Positions 62,492 to 64,000 of a DNA stretch of 64,000 nt are shown piece by piece. Below the pieces are notes generated by a model. It had not been told where the DNA came from. It did no database searches and saw only the letters and a list, made by a program, of their open reading frames with translations. Source of the stretch: Octopus bimaculoides (Eukaryota); assembly GCF_001194135.2 (NCBI RefSeq), contig NC_068983.1, positions 56,200,598 through 56,264,597 on the forward strand. The letters run 5' to 3'. Both the position numbers and the translations under genes were made by a program. Position 1 is the first letter of the stretch, and every line of letters starts with the position of its first letter.

Positions 62492-63949
62492 GTAAGATCT
62501 CCTTACTGCCAACACCGTACCCATATAAACATCAGCAATATGAGTAAAATCAACAGCAACAGAAACACGAATAGTAATAGCAAAAGCAAGAGGGGGAGTA
62601 AAACAGAAGGCTACAACCAAATCACCAAAGGATTGCATTTCCATCTTCGAAAAGGAAATCTTGCAGGAATGTCATCATCTCGAAAACACCAACAATAACA
62701 ATGACAAAAATAGCACATACGCACTAAAGAATCCCTTATACTCTGCTCTCTTCCGCCCGTTCTTCGTCAAATGAAGTGAAGCTGGAAATAACTAAGTAAT
62801 GAGAGATAAGAGGAAGGCAGCAATGAACGACCATCACCTAATCAAAAAATTTAGCAGGGCGAACAATACGCCACGGATCCTATAACTTCTTGGTCTATTA
62901 GCATATCCTCCACAAGGACATCAGAAACAACAAATAACCCTCACCTATTACAAAAAATTATTCAGCAAATTCAAGCAACAGCCACAACCAGCAGTCAGCA
63001 CTGGGGCACAAAAAAGAAAAAACGAAAGTAACAAAACAAGAACCAGAACACCAACAACCTGTAAAACACAGATATACTCTTCAGCCTCGTTGTTTGCTCC
63101 AACTAGAACGCTGAGTTGATGGAGTTCGAAAAAAAAGCAAAACGTAAAAGCATTATATAAAAGAAAGGGCGTTCAGGAAACATTCTGAAAACCGACAAAA
63201 GACACTTCTGGTGAAGACCAGGTCAGAGGTCTGTAAATATTTGCTGTCAAGGTTTCTCCATTCAAACTTAAAACAATCGAACCATTGAGAATCGCCAAAA
63301 ACCAATTTTCTCACTTTAATCCTGATACAAGTAAATGAACTTTTCCACTTATTTATTTATTTATTTATTTATTTATCACGCAATATGCCGATACTGAGAA
63401 TTGGCTCCGTAAAATCACATGACCTAAGTTCACTTATCAAATGACCATAAGTCACCAGATATTTACATCATGTTTCGCTTTTCAATAGTCCTTTTTCTTT
63501 ATCGGTTTTATTCAAAGACCAAAAAAGTTGTTTGACTTGTTTAAGATTTATAGCTGTTTATATTAGTTTTCCATTAATGTTAATTTTCTACTTCTACACT
63601 TGATATCATATAATAATTTCCTGGCCAATGTCTCACTATATTCGTAGTAAGTACAATCTATTATTCTGCGTCAGATTTTAGGTGATATATTCTCGCTACA
63701 TGCATTATTTATCTTGTTTTTCCGCAATAGTCTTGATAATTCGCTTTCTGTCTAGTAGAGTATATTATAACTATAACATATTAATGAGACAGCTAGAATA
63801 TTGAATCATAACTTACTTTTTGTACTTATCTGAGATGTCATGAAATTTAGAAAAGTTTATTATAGATGCACATTATGTTATTTATTTAATTAATCTATTT
63901 ACATAACACCGTGTACAGTAAATATATTGCGTTTAAATGCTATCTATGG

Positions 63950-64000
63950 TATATTCTTTTATTCTTTTATTTGTTTGAGTCATTTGACTGCGGCCATGCT
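63950..64000 (-). mobile_element. SINE family B tail running off the window
   Basis: TTCTTTTATTCTTTTATTTGTTTGAGTCATTTGACTGCGGCCATGCT. Confidence 0.85.

Noticed and set aside
62321-62698. 125-aa ORF as a single-exon gene
   Set aside because: It is low complexity with no recognisable domain. The overlapping signal-peptide frame with a donor site explains the region better.

Overview
AT-rich, microsatellite-dense eukaryotic DNA with nine N gaps. The SINE families and repeat landscape look like an octopus (coleoid cephalopod) scaffold, which is my inference and not a database match. The window is almost entirely intergenic or intronic and dominated by transposons. It holds four or five tRNA-head SINE families (about 40 copies, my labels A-D) and a 1.65 kb ORF1-only L1/Tx1-like element with a 7-bp TSD inside a Tigger-like MITE. 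It also holds seven R4/Dong-type LINE fragments, most of them abutting (TAA)n tracts, a Penelope-like element (RT plus GIY-YIG) with inverted terminal repeats carrying hammerhead-like motifs, and CR1 and RTE remnants. DNA transposons include three mariner pieces, two hAT transposase remnants and several MITEs. The only plausible host coding feature is a candidate signal-peptide exon at 62433-62491 (+). Most ORFs in the supplied track are microsatellite or N-gap artefacts. All calls were made by eye, and SINE and remnant boundaries are approximate (tens of bp).
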